NCBI GenBank assembly: GCA_001643675.2
Contig: LSRY02000008.1
Coordinates: forward strand, 558,001-622,000
DNA: 64,000 nt
From: Monocercomonoides exilis PA203
Lineage: Eukaryota > Protista > Preaxostyla
Reading direction: 5' to 3'
The notes under the pieces are model-generated. The model saw nothing but the letters and a program-made list of their open reading frames with translations. It was not told where the DNA came from and searched no databases. Position numbers and translations under genes: made by a program. Below, one piece after another: positions 1-12,564 of the stretch; positions within the stretch are counted from its first letter, which is position 1, and each line of letters starts with the position of its first letter.

Positions 1-541
1 ATTATCCATAACATGCTAGGCAGTTAGCAGAACGAGATGTTCGAATGGATTTTGGTTCAACCTGCGTCTTCAGAGCGAATCAAGTGCGACATTCACTGAT
101 GATGCAACTGATTGAGTTTTCAATAGGACACTTTGTGGTGTGTGCTTCGTAGATTGGATCTGGTCCGTATGGAGAGGAAGAGGAAGAGAAGGAAAAGAAG
201 GAGATAGAGAGGAGGGAAACAAAAAGAAAACAGAAAAAGGACAGACAAATCAAACTCCAAAGGGAGCATAATGGATGAGAATGAAGAAAGAGCAGAGAGA
301 CCCTTTTATTCACAAAATTGACCACAAAAGAGGAACGTCTATATCATCATCGTCACCTTCTTCACCTTCTTCACCTTCTTCTTCTTCTTCTTCTTCTCCT
401 TCATCTCCTTCATCTCCTCCTCCTCCTCCTTCTTCTTCTTTCCATGTGTTTTGCTCAGATGTTTATGTTAAAGAAATTAATGCTGTTTTTGGGATTGAAG
501 AAATAAAAATTTCATTCAGAAAATTTTTTGAATGAAAATGG

Positions 542-1980
542 ATGGTTTTCGAAACAGGAGCTGGAGAGAGAAGAAGAAGAAGAAGAAAGAAGAAGAAGAA
601 GAAGAGAAAGAAGAGGAGGAGGAGGAAGAAGAAGAAGAAGAGTGAAAAGAAGAAGAAGGTGAAGAGAAGGAAAAGAGCTACTGGAGAGGAGTGTGAGGAG
701 GTGTGTTGTGCTGGAGGAGAAAGTGAAAGAGAAGCTGAAGTCGCAAGCGAGAGACAAGAAAGAAGAGAAGAAGCTGTCTGAGACAGGACATCAATCGGAA
801 TTGGATGTTAAGGGGTTGATTGAGGAAGAAGAAAAAGGAGAGGAGAAGGAAGAGGAAGGGGAAAGCAGTATTAGAGCAAGCATTCATCGAAGGAGGGGAT
901 TTGTCACAAGATGAAAGTTTGAATCAGAACGATGGAAGTGAAGGTAAAATGAGTTTGCATCACGAAGGAGATTAAAACGGTTAAGCTGAAGGAGCTTGTT
1001 CAAAAAAAAAAATAGAAGGGATTCTGTTTGTTATGCAGAAGATTGTCTTCAACGTCGTTCCGCTGAGTGACACGTGCACAATGAGCATATGCCAAGTCAA
1101 GAACAACGATGAGCTGAAGCTGATGCTGAGTCTGCAAATGGGGGTGCAATGTTATTGAAATGGCAGATGGGGCAGATAAGTGAGGCTGAGAGCGAGAATG
1201 GCAATGTCGATGGATGGGATGGCAGGAGCAGCAGTAGGACAAAGAGGAAGATCGAGAACGCTGATGCAGTCGAATGCAGTGCAGATAATGAACTGTGCCG
1301 GGGCTATGCCTCGAAGAGCATTTCAGATTGACAACTCTTTTTCAGTGGATGTTCAGATCAGTTCAAAGAAGTTGTTGAATATGGAAGCAGAGAATGAGCA
1401 TTATGACTTTACTTCTTCTTCTTGTGGCTCTTTTGCAGATGGTTGTGAATGTGGTGTTGAGGAAGAAGAAGAGACAGCACCAATTGCGAAGTTCCTGCAG
1501 GTGGAACATTCGAAGGAGGAGAAGAGGAAATTATATCTTCACGTTGCTTCTTTTCTAACTGATCAAATTGAGTGGAGCCATTTCTGTCTGGATTTTGAGC
1601 TGTATCTGTTTGTGTACGTTGTGGAGGGAGAAGGCAGCAATGCGAGAGCATTGCATTTTCTGCAGACGAGAAGGAGGGCATTAGATTCTTGTGGTAGAGC
1701 GCGCAACTGAACAGCCAGAGCGAAGAGATTGGGCGTATGTGTAGCAGGAGGTAGAGAAAATAGTGTTGCTGGAGTTTCTGGAGAAGAAGAATCTGCATCG
1801 AGCAGAGTGAATTTTTCAATGAAATTGTTCTGGATGAAGGAGAAGAAATTGTTAGACAGAGTGATTGTGTGCCGTCGACAGTAAGCTTGAAGATGGCCGT
1901 GACAAAAGCAGAGGTGTGCGCGCTGCAGTGAAGCCCGTTTATCAATGTGCGGACTTTTGTGTTTGGAAAAGAGTGCTGAA
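542..1980 (+). pseudogene. Degenerate paralog of the AbpF-like/ubiquitin-domain gene segment carried in element A (matches about 26880-28070)
   Basis: Colinear peptide matches: RRCVVLEEKVKEKLK vs RRCVAPVEKVENQLR; LKELVQKK..EGILFVMQKIVFN..LSD..TMS..VKNNDELKLM vs the UBL at 27117; DFTSSSCGSF..PIAKFLQVE vs DFTSASCVSC..PVAKFQQVE. Several stops and frameshifts. Confidence 0.7.
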
Positions 1981-3025
1981 AATGTGAATATAAAAAATCC
2001 ACAATAAATATAAATATAAAAGAAAAAACAAGTTGCAAACCATTGGTTTTGATTATTATTTTATTCATTTGAACTTGTGTGAGCCATATTTGATTTCGCA
2101 AATTGTTGATTTTCATTTTGAGCATTTTCATATTCTATCTAAATTTAAGCTTTAGCAACTATCAGAATACTTTTAAATTCTCAGTAAAGAATCGAGATAT
2201 TCCATGAAAATTTCATGAACCAGTAATTACAAGATAAACCGAAAAATGCCATCACATGTTCATCATTAATTCTCAATTTTTATTTTGATCAAAAAACAGA
2301 AATATAATTTTAAGTTTCAAATTGATTTTTTCTTTGAATGAAGTTTGTGATGAAAAAACAAACTTCGTCGTGAACGTTGAAATTTTTCATGAGAATAATG
2401 GCAACGGAATGTTATTTAATTAACTGCGATGGTACAAAATTTCAATCAATTACGACTTTTCAAAAAGAATTACATAGTTTTTTTATAAAAATTGAAAAAA
2501 AAATACAGAATATCAGGTGAATGGAAATGCTTTTGAAATGAAGAAAAAGAAGTTGTCAAAATTCTCAAACACAAAGAGAAATTATTCTCTTTATGAAATA
2601 AAAATTTGTCGTAGATTGACAAAACTGTTGAACAGGATGAATAAAAGCGCATGTCATTCAAAGCAACAAAGTGAATGGAGATGCTCTCAAATAGAAAAAT
2701 AAAAGTCGGAAAGAATCGTTTTCTCAAATAATTATTGCTCGATTTCTAAAAGTTATAAAAATTGACAAAAGTCAACAATTTGGGGAGTAATACAAACAAG
2801 TGAAGAATAAAAAGAAAATGGATTGAAATGAATATTCTTTGAAGAATATCAAAAATACAAAAAAGAAAGATAGAAAGATCAAGCAAAAAGGATAAAGTTA
2901 AGCAAATATCATTAAAATCGTTGAAATGATGCAAAGCTGCTGCCCAGATATTTGTGTACCGGTTGGCATAAATGAAAATACAATGAATCTTCTGCTTCAT
3001 AAAATGTTTATCTCAAATAACAAAG

Positions 3026-4972
3026 TTAAAACTTCAGCCAAAGAGGTGGCTCAGTCTCAATGAAATATTTCCAGTAATCTTTCATTGTCATTCCACTCTT
3101 GTCTTCAAGTGAATTGTAATGTCTCATCCACTCCGGTGGCTCTGTCTTGACTTCCCTTATCCACCACATCGCCATTGTCCTTCCATCCCTGTCAGCAAGC
3201 GCAATTCTATTTCTCATCCACTCTGGTGGCTCTGCCTTCACATATTTAATCCATCCCATGGCCATCGTTTCTCCATCCTTATCAGAAAGTGTGCTTCTGT
3301 GCCTCATCCATTCTGGTGGGTCTGTTTTAACCCAGAAAATCCAATTCATCGCCATTGTCCTTCCACTCTTATCAGAAAGTGAAATATCGTGTCTCATCCA
3401 TTGAGGGGGTTCTTTTCTGATGTGAATGATCCACGTCATGGCCATTGTCCATCCGTCCATGTCTGCAAGCACCTTGTCATGTCTCATCCACTCTGGTGGC
3501 TCTGATTTTACAGATTGAATCCAGTGCATTGCCATCGTTTTCCCAAACTTATCGGCAAGCATCTTGTCATGTCTCATCCACTCTGGTGGTTCTGTCTTGT
3601 TCTCAATGATCCACCTCATTCCCGCTGTTTGTCCTTTGCTATCTTTCAGTGTTTCATCAAATGCCATCCATTTCGGTAATTCAGTTTTAACAAATAACTT
3701 CCAATGATCTGCCATTGCCTGTCCGATCTTATCTTTCAATGAATTGCGATGCCTCATCCATTCTGGCGGTTCTGTTTTTGCATGTTTTATCCAGTACATT
3801 GCCATCGTCATTCCGTTATCATCTACAAGCGTTATGCTATGCCTCATCCATTCGAGAGGTTCTGTCTTTTTCTCAACAATCCACTTCATTGCTTCTGTTC
3901 TTCCATTTTCGTCAGCAAGTGTATTGTCATATCTCATCCATTTTGGTGGATCTGTTTTGACATTTGCAATCCATATCATGGCCATTGTTAAACCATAATT
4001 GTTACTAAGTGTAATGTCATGTCTCAGCCATTCTAGAGGCTCTGTTTTGACTTCTTGAATCCATATCATAGCCATTGTTGCTCCATCATTGTTACGAAGT
4101 GTGATGTCATGTCTCATCCACTCTGGCGGTTCTGTTTTAACAAAAAGAATCCACAACATGGCCATTGTTCTTCCATTTTCATCGGCTAGTGTAATGTCAT
4201 TCCTCATCCATTCTGGCGGTTCTGTTTTTGCATGTTTTATCCATATCATGGCCATTGTTGCTCCGTTATTGTTGCGAAGTGTGATGTTATGCCTCATCCA
4301 TTCTGGCGGCTCTGTTCGAACAAATTGAATCCACAACATGGCCATTGTCCAGCCATTCTTATTGGCTAGTGTGTTGTCGTGTCTCATCCATTCAGGTGGC
4401 TCTTTTCTGATGTGAATGATCCACAGCATTGCCATTGTTCGTCCAATCTTATCAGCAAGTGTGTTGTCGTGTCTCATCCATCCCGGTGGTTCTGTCTTTT
4501 TCTCAATGATCCACCTCATTCCCGCTGTTTGTCCTTTGCTATCTTTCAGTGTTTCATTAAATGTCATCCATTCTGGAAATTCAGTTTTCACGTATATTTT
4601 CCAATAAACTGTCATTGTCCATCCTCTCTTATCTTTCAATGAATTACTATGCCTCATCCACTCTGGTGGCTCTGTCTGGACATATATAATCCAATGCATA
4701 GCCATTGTTTGTTTTTCCCAACCGCCCAAAAGTGCTATATCATGTCTCATCCATTCCGGCGGTTCTGTCTTCACATATCCAATCCACAGAATTGCCATTG
4801 TGCAGCCATCATCATCACGTAGCGTTATATCATGTCTCATTTCCGATGGAGGATCTGTCTTCTTCTCAATAATCCATCGCATTGCTTCTGTTCTTCCATT
4901 CACGTCCCTTTTCAATGGATCATTTTCCAATTTTTGCATATGTGTTGTATATCTTATTTTACCGCTCATCAC
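3026..4972 (-). CDS. Trp/Met-rich tandem-repeat protein, about 21 x 30-aa repeats (TEPPEWMRHDxxLxDxxGxTMAMxWIxxVK), with an ankyrin-like DxxGxT motif
   Basis: Uninterrupted 648-aa ORF with obvious 90-nt periodicity. Function unknown. Confidence 0.85.
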   Translation of the reverse strand: MMSGKIRYTTHMQKLENDPLKRDVNGRTEAMRWIIEKKTDPPSEMRHDITLRDDDGCTMAILWIGYVKTEPPEWMRHDIALLGGWEKQTMAMHWIIYVQTEPPEWMRHSNSLKDKRGWTMTVYWKIYVKTEFPEWMTFNETLKDSKGQTAGMRWIIEKKTEPPGWMRHDNTLADKIGRTMAMLWIIHIRKEPPEWMRHDNTLANKNGWTMAMLWIQFVRTEPPEWMRHNITLRNNNGATMAMIWIKHAKTEPPEWMRNDITLADENGRTMAMLWILFVKTEPPEWMRHDITLRNNDGATMAMIWIQEVKTEPLEWLRHDITLSNNYGLTMAMIWIANVKTDPPKWMRYDNTLADENGRTEAMKWIVEKKTEPLEWMRHSITLVDDNGMTMAMYWIKHAKTEPPEWMRHRNSLKDKIGQAMADHWKLFVKTELPKWMAFDETLKDSKGQTAGMRWIIENKTEPPEWMRHDKMLADKFGKTMAMHWIQSVKSEPPEWMRHDKVLADMDGWTMAMTWIIHIRKEPPQWMRHDISLSDKSGRTMAMNWIFWVKTDPPEWMRHRSTLSDKDGETMAMGWIKYVKAEPPEWMRNRIALADRDGRTMAMWWIREVKTEPPEWMRHYNSLEDKSGMTMKDYWKYFIETEPPLWLKF

Positions 4973-6305
4973 TTCGATCTCCCTGCTCGTCCTGCAATAT
5001 AGGCAGCAAAAATGTCAATCGTTAAAAAGTATTATTTGAAATAAATATTATATACTTGATCATATATGAAAAATTTTTTTAATACTGTTTATCATCTTTA
5101 AATAAATAAGAAAATGAGCATAAAGTGATTGCATGATTTTTGGCAGTGTTGTATTTTGTTATTCAAACATTTTTTTAAAACAATTTTAATTTTTTAATAT
5201 TAATTATTCATATTTTTATTTTTTTTGACGTTCATTTAACAAATTATAAGTGAATGAAAATGAAAAGCCAAGTAGTGAAAAGTAATAAACCTGTGAAATT
5301 ATGTTGAGTCTTATATTTTCTGCTCTTTTGCTTTTGAAACAAAACTCTCAGAAACATTCGAAAAATTGAAATCAGACATTTCTTTTAACCAACTCATTTC
5401 TTTTATATTTTTTCATTCACATTTCAAATCTCTCAGGGATGCATTCATTTGGATCAGCCACATAGAGAGTTGAGCGAGCGAGTGAGTGTGTGTGTTTGGG
5501 AGTATCTGAGGGTGTGGCAGAAGAGAAGGGAAAGATAAATGCCATTCACTCTGATGGAGAGCATGCACATTCTGAAGAGAGGATGAAACGCTGCCTTTGG
5601 AAAAGAAATGGCTGAATGAAAAGACAAAAACGAAAGGGCAAAAAAGAGAAAGGGGAGAAAGGGGAGAAAAGGGAGAAAAGAGAGAAAAGAGAAAAGAGAG
5701 AGAAAAGAGAGAAAAGGGATGTTTGAATGGAAAATGTGAATGTTCAGAGCAGATGGACAGGAAAAGAATGTGATTCTCAGCATCATTCAGAATGAGAAGT
5801 GAGAGTTGAAAAATTAATTGTGAAAATGAGAGGACAATTAAAAAGTCGGAAAGAAAGATAAAGACAAAAACAAAGAGAAAAATAAACAAATGAAATAAAA
5901 TATGAGCAAATTACAAAAATAAAGAGGAAGAAGAGAAAGAAACAAGATAACAATTACAAATGAAGAGAAAGAGCAATATGAAGAGATGGTGATTGTGATT
6001 AGAAGGATGATAGAGAGGAGGAGGAGGAGGAAGAAGAAAGAAGAATTCAAACGAAGCAAGCTTGAAAAACAGTATTAAATTTGCACTTTGAATAAATACT
6101 TGCATTTGAAATTGCCTTTGTATCAGAATTAGTATTACTATTAATACTAATAATAATATTATTATTATTCCCAATCACATTTCACTCCTTCCTGAACTTC
6201 CTCTCGCTCAGCATGTTCTGCTTCTTCTGCTGCTGCATCTCAAACCTCATCTCTTCTCTCTTCTTCTGTCTCTTCTTCCTCCTCCTCTTCCTCCTCCTCC
6301 TCTCC

Positions 6306-6337
<32 letters not shown>

Positions 6338-6710
6338 CTCCTCCTCCTCCTCCTCCTCCTCCTCATCATCATCATCATTGTTAATTGCTCAAATCCATTT
6401 TCTCCATCTGATCAATGCTTTGGAATCTTTTAAAGGGAAAAAGGTTTTTCAATTTGAACGAAAGAACAACTTTCTTCGTTTTTGCTATGTTCAGCACAAA
6501 CATTGAGAGAAAAAGCAGAAGCAGAAGAGGAATGGCATTGAGAAACAGATCAAAAGAAGCCATTGAAGATGATGAATCATTTGCTCTCTTTATCATTGCG
6601 ATTATCATCGGCATTGTTATCATTGAATTGGGAAGGAGCTCATTCAAGTGGAGACATAAGAGATGATACTGCTCACAATTGGTATATTGCAGACGAGGCA
6701 GATGAAGGCG

Positions 6711-6832
6711 AAGAAGAAGAAAAGGAAGAAGAAGAAAAAGAAGAAAAAGAAGAAGAAGAAGAAGAAGAAGAAGAAGAAGAAGAAGAAGAAGAAGAAGAAA
6801 AAGAAGAAGAAAAAGAAGAAGAAGAAAATGAA

Positions 6833-6879
<47 letters not shown>

Positions 6880-6898
6880 AGAAGAAGAAAAAGAAGAG

Positions 6899-6945
<47 letters not shown>

Positions 6946-6967
6946 AGAAAAAGAAGAGGAAGAAGAG

Positions 6968-6999
<32 letters not shown>

Positions 7000-7189
7000 A
7001 GAAGAAGAAGAAGAAGAAGAAAATGAAGAAGAAGAAGAGGAAGAAGAAGAAAAAGAAGAGGAAGAAGAGGAAGAAGAGGAAGAAGAAGAGGAAGAGGAAG
7101 AAGAGAAAAAAGAAAATGAAGAAAAAGAAAGGAAAATAAAAATAGATGAGAAATAAGAGAAAGAAGAATAGGAAGAAGAAGAGGAAGAG

Positions 7190-7245
<56 letters not shown>

Positions 7246-7300
7246 AGAAGAAGAGGAAGAAGAAGAAAAAGAAGAGGAAGAAGAGGAAGATGATGATGAT
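6711..7300. repeat. (GAA/GAG)n trinucleotide low-complexity tract
   Basis: About 590 bp of near-pure GAA/GAG repeats, producing poly-E/K/S/F/L ORFs in all frames. Confidence 0.95.
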
Positions 7301-9505
7301 GATAGAGGAATTTGTTTGCATTCTTCTTGTTGCACATTAACAGAAGCGCTTCTGCTCAGATGCTCAAAATGAGGCTGATTCCTAACATTCAATGCATTTG
7401 AAGCAGATGATGGTGAAGATGGTGAAGAAGAAAAAGAAGGAGAAGAAGAAGCAGATGAATGGAGGGAATCTGAAGAAAAATGTGATTGTGGTTGAGACGG
7501 AGAAGGATGAGGCTGATGCTCTTTCATCGCACACTCTCTTTTTATGCAATTCTGAATTCCATTGTGCAGACCAAGAAGACGATGCTTTGTTACTCCTCTC
7601 TTTCCTTTCCCCACCTTCTTCCCTCTGTTCTTTAAACGGAGACAGAAGAGGCAACGTTTCTTCACCTCAAAATGACCCAGGCAACTTTTCGGGCTCGCCA
7701 AATGTATCACATAATTCATCCCCAGTCATATTTTTTAACTGCTTTTGTATGTTCCTTTGGCTTTTGAGTATACGGGAATGCTTTGTTGTATGTGTCTTTC
7801 CCCAAGCCCTTATTATTTGTTTCTTCTTCTTTTTCTCCTTTTTCTTCTTTCTCGTTATCATCATCGTCGTCTTTGCCTTTGTAGTCGTCAATTTTCATTT
7901 CATCTGGGATTTCCTCCAATTTTTTGTTGATGTGAGAGAATTGAATGAGAACTCACTGAAAAATTGGAACGTGAAGAAAAAACTCGCTCTTTCGATTTCT
8001 GTGTTTGTTTAGATGTCTCCTGCTGCTCGTCTTTTCTGCGCATCCTGAAGCATTCAAAGAAGGCCACCATGGATATGACATTGAAGGAGTGATCAGCTAA
8101 ATGCAGATGAAGTTGCTGAAGTCGAAAATGAAAAAAATATAAGGAAGAGTTTGCTCAGTCGGAGACATTCACAAGAAATTCACTCACATCTAAGGAGAAT
8201 ACACGTTGCGATGGAGAAATCTCTCGAAGGTCATCTCTGTTGTCATTCACCCCCAAACAAGAATTGTTTCAATATTATTATCTTTTCGTCTGTGTCTCCT
8301 TCATTCACTGAAAATGGAGGGAAAGGCATCCTCCTTTTCTTTTTGCATGTCTGTTTCCCTTCTTTTTTTGGCTCATCATAATATCTCTTCCATTTCCAAA
8401 AAATTTCGGAGATATTCCACTCGAATAAACATTTCTTTTATCTTTCTGAATAGAAATGAAAGGCGATGCTTGGTGCTGAGTCTGGAGGTTGCTGGATGAA
8501 ATGAAAAAAATATTATAATTTTTGTTGCACGTTGAAGAAGAAGAAGATGGGAAAAAAGAGAATAATGAATGAAGATAGGAGATTAACTCCAAACAAATAG
8601 TTATCCTCATTCTTGTTAAAAATCTATTTGAAGAATTTTTGAATTCAGTAAATCTCCACATTTTCGTATCTTCATCTTATTATCCATTTGAATGTCCAAT
8701 TTTTCTTTGTTTAAATTCAATCATTATGTACAAATATTATCAGTTAATTGATAATCAATACCAGCAACATTGACAATTCTGTGAAACATCTTTCCTTATT
8801 CATCGTATTTTGAAATGAAAGCAACATTCCAAACCAAACCATTCACGCATTTTCTTTGGTTATTTCCACAAATATAACGCTTGTTTCCAAAAACATAAAC
8901 AAATTTATATTATGGGTATTAAAAAATAATTTTGTGTTTTTATTGTGATATGTGTATAGAATAAGTTATTAACAAAATATTGTTTATTTCAAAATTGAAT
9001 AAATTTAGCTTTAAATGACGCAATAGATTAAACAAAAGTGTTTTGCATTTTGAATGATGCAAGGAAATTATTCTTTAAAAAAAATTTCACAACAAGAACG
9101 ACTTCTCTCCAGTCCTTAATGTTGTTGAACAAATAAAAAAATCTCTGTATCATTAACACTGTTTATTTAAGTTTGCAAGTTTTGTTCAAAAAAATAATAT
9201 TTTTCTGAAAGAATTTATTGTTATTGAAAAATTTTTAAAGACAATTACAATTTCCATAAATTAAATTTAGTAATAAGGATTTGAAATTTCTCAAATGCCA
9301 TTTTCAGAAAAAAAAGGAAAAGGAAAATAGGTTAGAAAAATAATGTGTGGAAAATTTGATTGTAATCATTAATATTTCTCTTTTGATATAGATCAAGTTA
9401 TTAACGCCCAAAACAAATAATAAGCTTTTTGAGATCCATCCCATTAATTGAAATAAGGAAAACGCAAGCTACACACAATTATCTGCGATCAAAAAGGCAA
9501 TCAAA

Positions 9506-11074
9506 ATGGGAAATGAAGAAGGTTCTTTTAATCCAAGGAGAGATAAATGGGGATATACAAGGGCAATGAATTGGATAGAAGATAAAAGAACAGAACCACC
9601 GGAAGAGATGAGACACAACAATGAAGTTGCAGACGAAGAAGGACAGACAATGGCTATGTTGTGGATAGATCATGTCAAAACAAAACCGCCAAAATGGATG
9701 AGACATGATGTTGCACTTACGGATAAGGATGGATACACAATGGCCATGCACTGGATAACAAACTTGAAAAAAGAGCCGCCAGAATGGATGAGACACGACA
9801 TTACACTAGCGGACAACTATGGTTGGACGATGGCTATGATATGGATTTATCATGTTAAGACAGAGCCACCAGAGTGGATGAGACACGATATCACACTAAC
9901 ACGCGATGGGAAAGAACAAAAAATGGCTTGGAGCTTTATCTACTACGAGAGTTTCAATCCATCAAAGTGGATGAGCAATGACATAGAGCTTGTTGAAAGC
10001 AGAGGATGGACAATGGCAATGCTGTGGATTAGATTTACCCATAAGGAACCTCCAGAATGGATGAGACACAACAACACACTTGCTGATAAGTTTGGACGAA
10101 CAATGGCCATGATATGGATTCGTCATGTTAAGATAGAACCGCCAATGTGGATGAGACACGACATCACGCTTCGCGATAAAGAAGGATTCACTTTGGCAAT
10201 GCATTGGATAAAGAATATCAAAGCAGAGCCGCCAGAATGGATGAGGCATGAAGTTGAACTTCCTGATAAGGAAGGAAAAACAATGTCTATGATATGGATT
10301 CAAGATTTCAAGACAGATCCACCAGAATGGATGAAACATGATGCTTCACTTAAAGATTCTGAAGGAAAAACAATAGCAGATCTTTGGGTTGAATATGTCA
10401 AAAAAGTCCCTCCAATGTGGATGATGCACAATTCTACTCAAAGCGATCATGATCATTGCCAAGAGACAATTAATAGCAAATTTGAGGAAAAAGTGGAGCC
10501 ATCTGATGATTTTAAAAATGATAACACTTTTAATAATAAACAAGGAAGAACAGATGCCATGAGTTGGATTGCTGAGAAAAAGACAGAACCACCAGTGGAA
10601 ATGAGACATAACATAACTCTCAGTGATCAGGATGGAAGAACATTAGCCATGTATTGGATCTATTTCGTGAAGACAGAACCGCCACAGTGGATGAGGCACA
10701 ATGTCACACTTGCTGACAGGAATGGGTGGACAATGGACATCCACTGGATTGTGTATGTGAAAACAGAACCCCCATTATCACTGAGACATAGCATTTCTTT
10801 TTGTGACAAGAATGGATTAACAATGGCTATGCATTGGATAATCTGGGTGAAAAAGGTCCCACAGGAATGGATGAGACACGACATCACACAAGTTGACAAG
10901 GATGGAAGGACAATGGCTATGTACTGGATAAGATATGTCAAAACAGAACCACCTCAATGGATGAGACATGACAAATGCATGAGCAACAAAAATGGGTGGA
11001 CAATGAAAACATTCTGGGATAACTATGTCAAGACTGATGCTCCAGAATGGATGAAGACTGACCACTCAATATAA
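9506..11074 (+). CDS. Trp/Met-rich tandem-repeat protein, about 16 x 30-aa repeats; paralog of 3026-4972
   Basis: Uninterrupted 522-aa ORF with the same PPEWMRH...GxTMAMxWI repeat, oriented divergently from its paralog. Confidence 0.85.
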   Translation: MGNEEGSFNPRRDKWGYTRAMNWIEDKRTEPPEEMRHNNEVADEEGQTMAMLWIDHVKTKPPKWMRHDVALTDKDGYTMAMHWITNLKKEPPEWMRHDITLADNYGWTMAMIWIYHVKTEPPEWMRHDITLTRDGKEQKMAWSFIYYESFNPSKWMSNDIELVESRGWTMAMLWIRFTHKEPPEWMRHNNTLADKFGRTMAMIWIRHVKIEPPMWMRHDITLRDKEGFTLAMHWIKNIKAEPPEWMRHEVELPDKEGKTMSMIWIQDFKTDPPEWMKHDASLKDSEGKTIADLWVEYVKKVPPMWMMHNSTQSDHDHCQETINSKFEEKVEPSDDFKNDNTFNNKQGRTDAMSWIAEKKTEPPVEMRHNITLSDQDGRTLAMYWIYFVKTEPPQWMRHNVTLADRNGWTMDIHWIVYVKTEPPLSLRHSISFCDKNGLTMAMHWIIWVKKVPQEWMRHDITQVDKDGRTMAMYWIRYVKTEPPQWMRHDKCMSNKNGWTMKTFWDNYVKTDAPEWMKTDHSI

Positions 11075-12157
11075 CAAAGTTATGTCCAAAATGGAATAAA
11101 TAATTCATCGCTTATTATCACAGCAAAAGATGTCAGTATTTGAATTTTGAAACAGTCACAAACACATTATTCACAAACTTTTCAATTTGGATAATATTTA
11201 TTTTTTTGTATACATTTTCATCTCGATATATATAGACATATGTGTATCAGAGTTATTTTTTTTAATATTCCTTTTATTTCCTTATTTTTTATTGTTGTTC
11301 ACAGTTTTGATGATAATACATTTCTTTTATTTCTTCAATGTCTTTTGAAACATGTCATTTCTTTTGTATGCTTAATAAGAATAACAAAACACAATTGTGA
11401 AACCGAATGAGAGATGAATTCATTCAATCGAACAAGTGTGAATATTCACAATTTGTGATAAATTGCAATTTTAGTCAAATATTTGTGTTCTGCAAGTATT
11501 AAAGGAATTAAAGATTTCTCTATCGCACATGAATCTTTGCATCAAAGAAACAGTTTCCATTTTTATTATTTGAGATTTCTGGAATGGGAGAACTGAGAAT
11601 TGGCAAGATGTTTTCATCCGCTTGAAATATGAAATCAAAAAAAACCAACATGATCAGAAAAGCAGATAACCTTACAGAAAAAATTGTAACAAATATAAAA
11701 TGTGATGTGAGCAAATAAAATTTCCTCAATTACGTTATTATCGCATTTTTCAACAAATGAAATTCTGAAAAATTAATCGCTTCTTCAAGAAGCATACAGA
11801 TGCTCGTTTTTTTTCCGGGATTTTCAATAAGTGTATTTTTTCACAAATTATTTTACAACCTGTAAAAGATGAATTTTAAGTTTTTATGATTCTTATTTTT
11901 TCAATACACACAATGAGAATTGCTTGTCAAAACTGAATAGAAAATATTAATTCTTATTATCAATGTCGAATCCGGTTAATCCCTCAACAACTTTTTTCGA
12001 GAACAATTTTGAATATTTTGTTCTTCAAGTTACAATGTCTTTTTCAGGTTTATGAACATTATTAATTCAGGCGAAATCAATTTTGAAAGATTTTGTCTTT
12101 CAATTAATGTGCAAATAATATAAAGAAAATCTGGAATTTTGAACCAAAGGATTGGAG

Positions 12158-12218
12158 ATTCGCAATAGAGCGAATCAACAAACGCAAGGAGCATGTTTGC
12201 TCCTCAATAATGAGTATT
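12158..12218 (+). repeat. DIRS left inverted terminal repeat
   Basis: attcgcaatagagcgaatcaacaaacgcaaggagcatgtttgctcctcaataatgagt is the near reverse complement of 54747-54804 and partly of 55457-55496. Confidence 0.75.
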
Positions 12219-12564
12219 TGTATTTTAATTATGTGTGGTTTTTGATCAAACTTCACCAAAACTCACTTTTTCTGGAACATCATTGTCCGCAATAGGAATG
12301 GAACAAGAACCTGTTTGACTATCAAACATAGACTGAGAAGGAAAATATTTTGATGTGAAACAGAGACAAAGGAGAGTGGAAAATATGATGGAGGAATTCA
12401 CTAGGAGCCAAACATGGCTTATGCAGTCTGGAGCTGCGAAGATTGCACCAAAGAAGAAGTCAAAGAGAAAACGACTTTGATGAAGAAGCAGATCGAGATC
12501 AAACGAGTCCGAGTCAGATATAAATTTTATTGATGCTATCGCAAAGAAGAGACATAGACAGCGA

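Noticed and set aside
3026-4972. 90-bp periodic repeats as a CRISPR-like array
   Set aside because: The repeats are coding, vary at the codon level, and have no repeat-spacer structure or cas genes.
6381-7719. Long poly-E/K/S/F/L ORFs in several frames
   Set aside because: They arise from the GAA microsatellite. One frame may belong to a decayed gene, but none can be supported as a CDS.
8040-8275. Possible PWWP domain fragment on the minus strand (LVWG...SYPWWPS)
   Set aside because: Only a short motif; the putative exon phases do not match and stops intervene.
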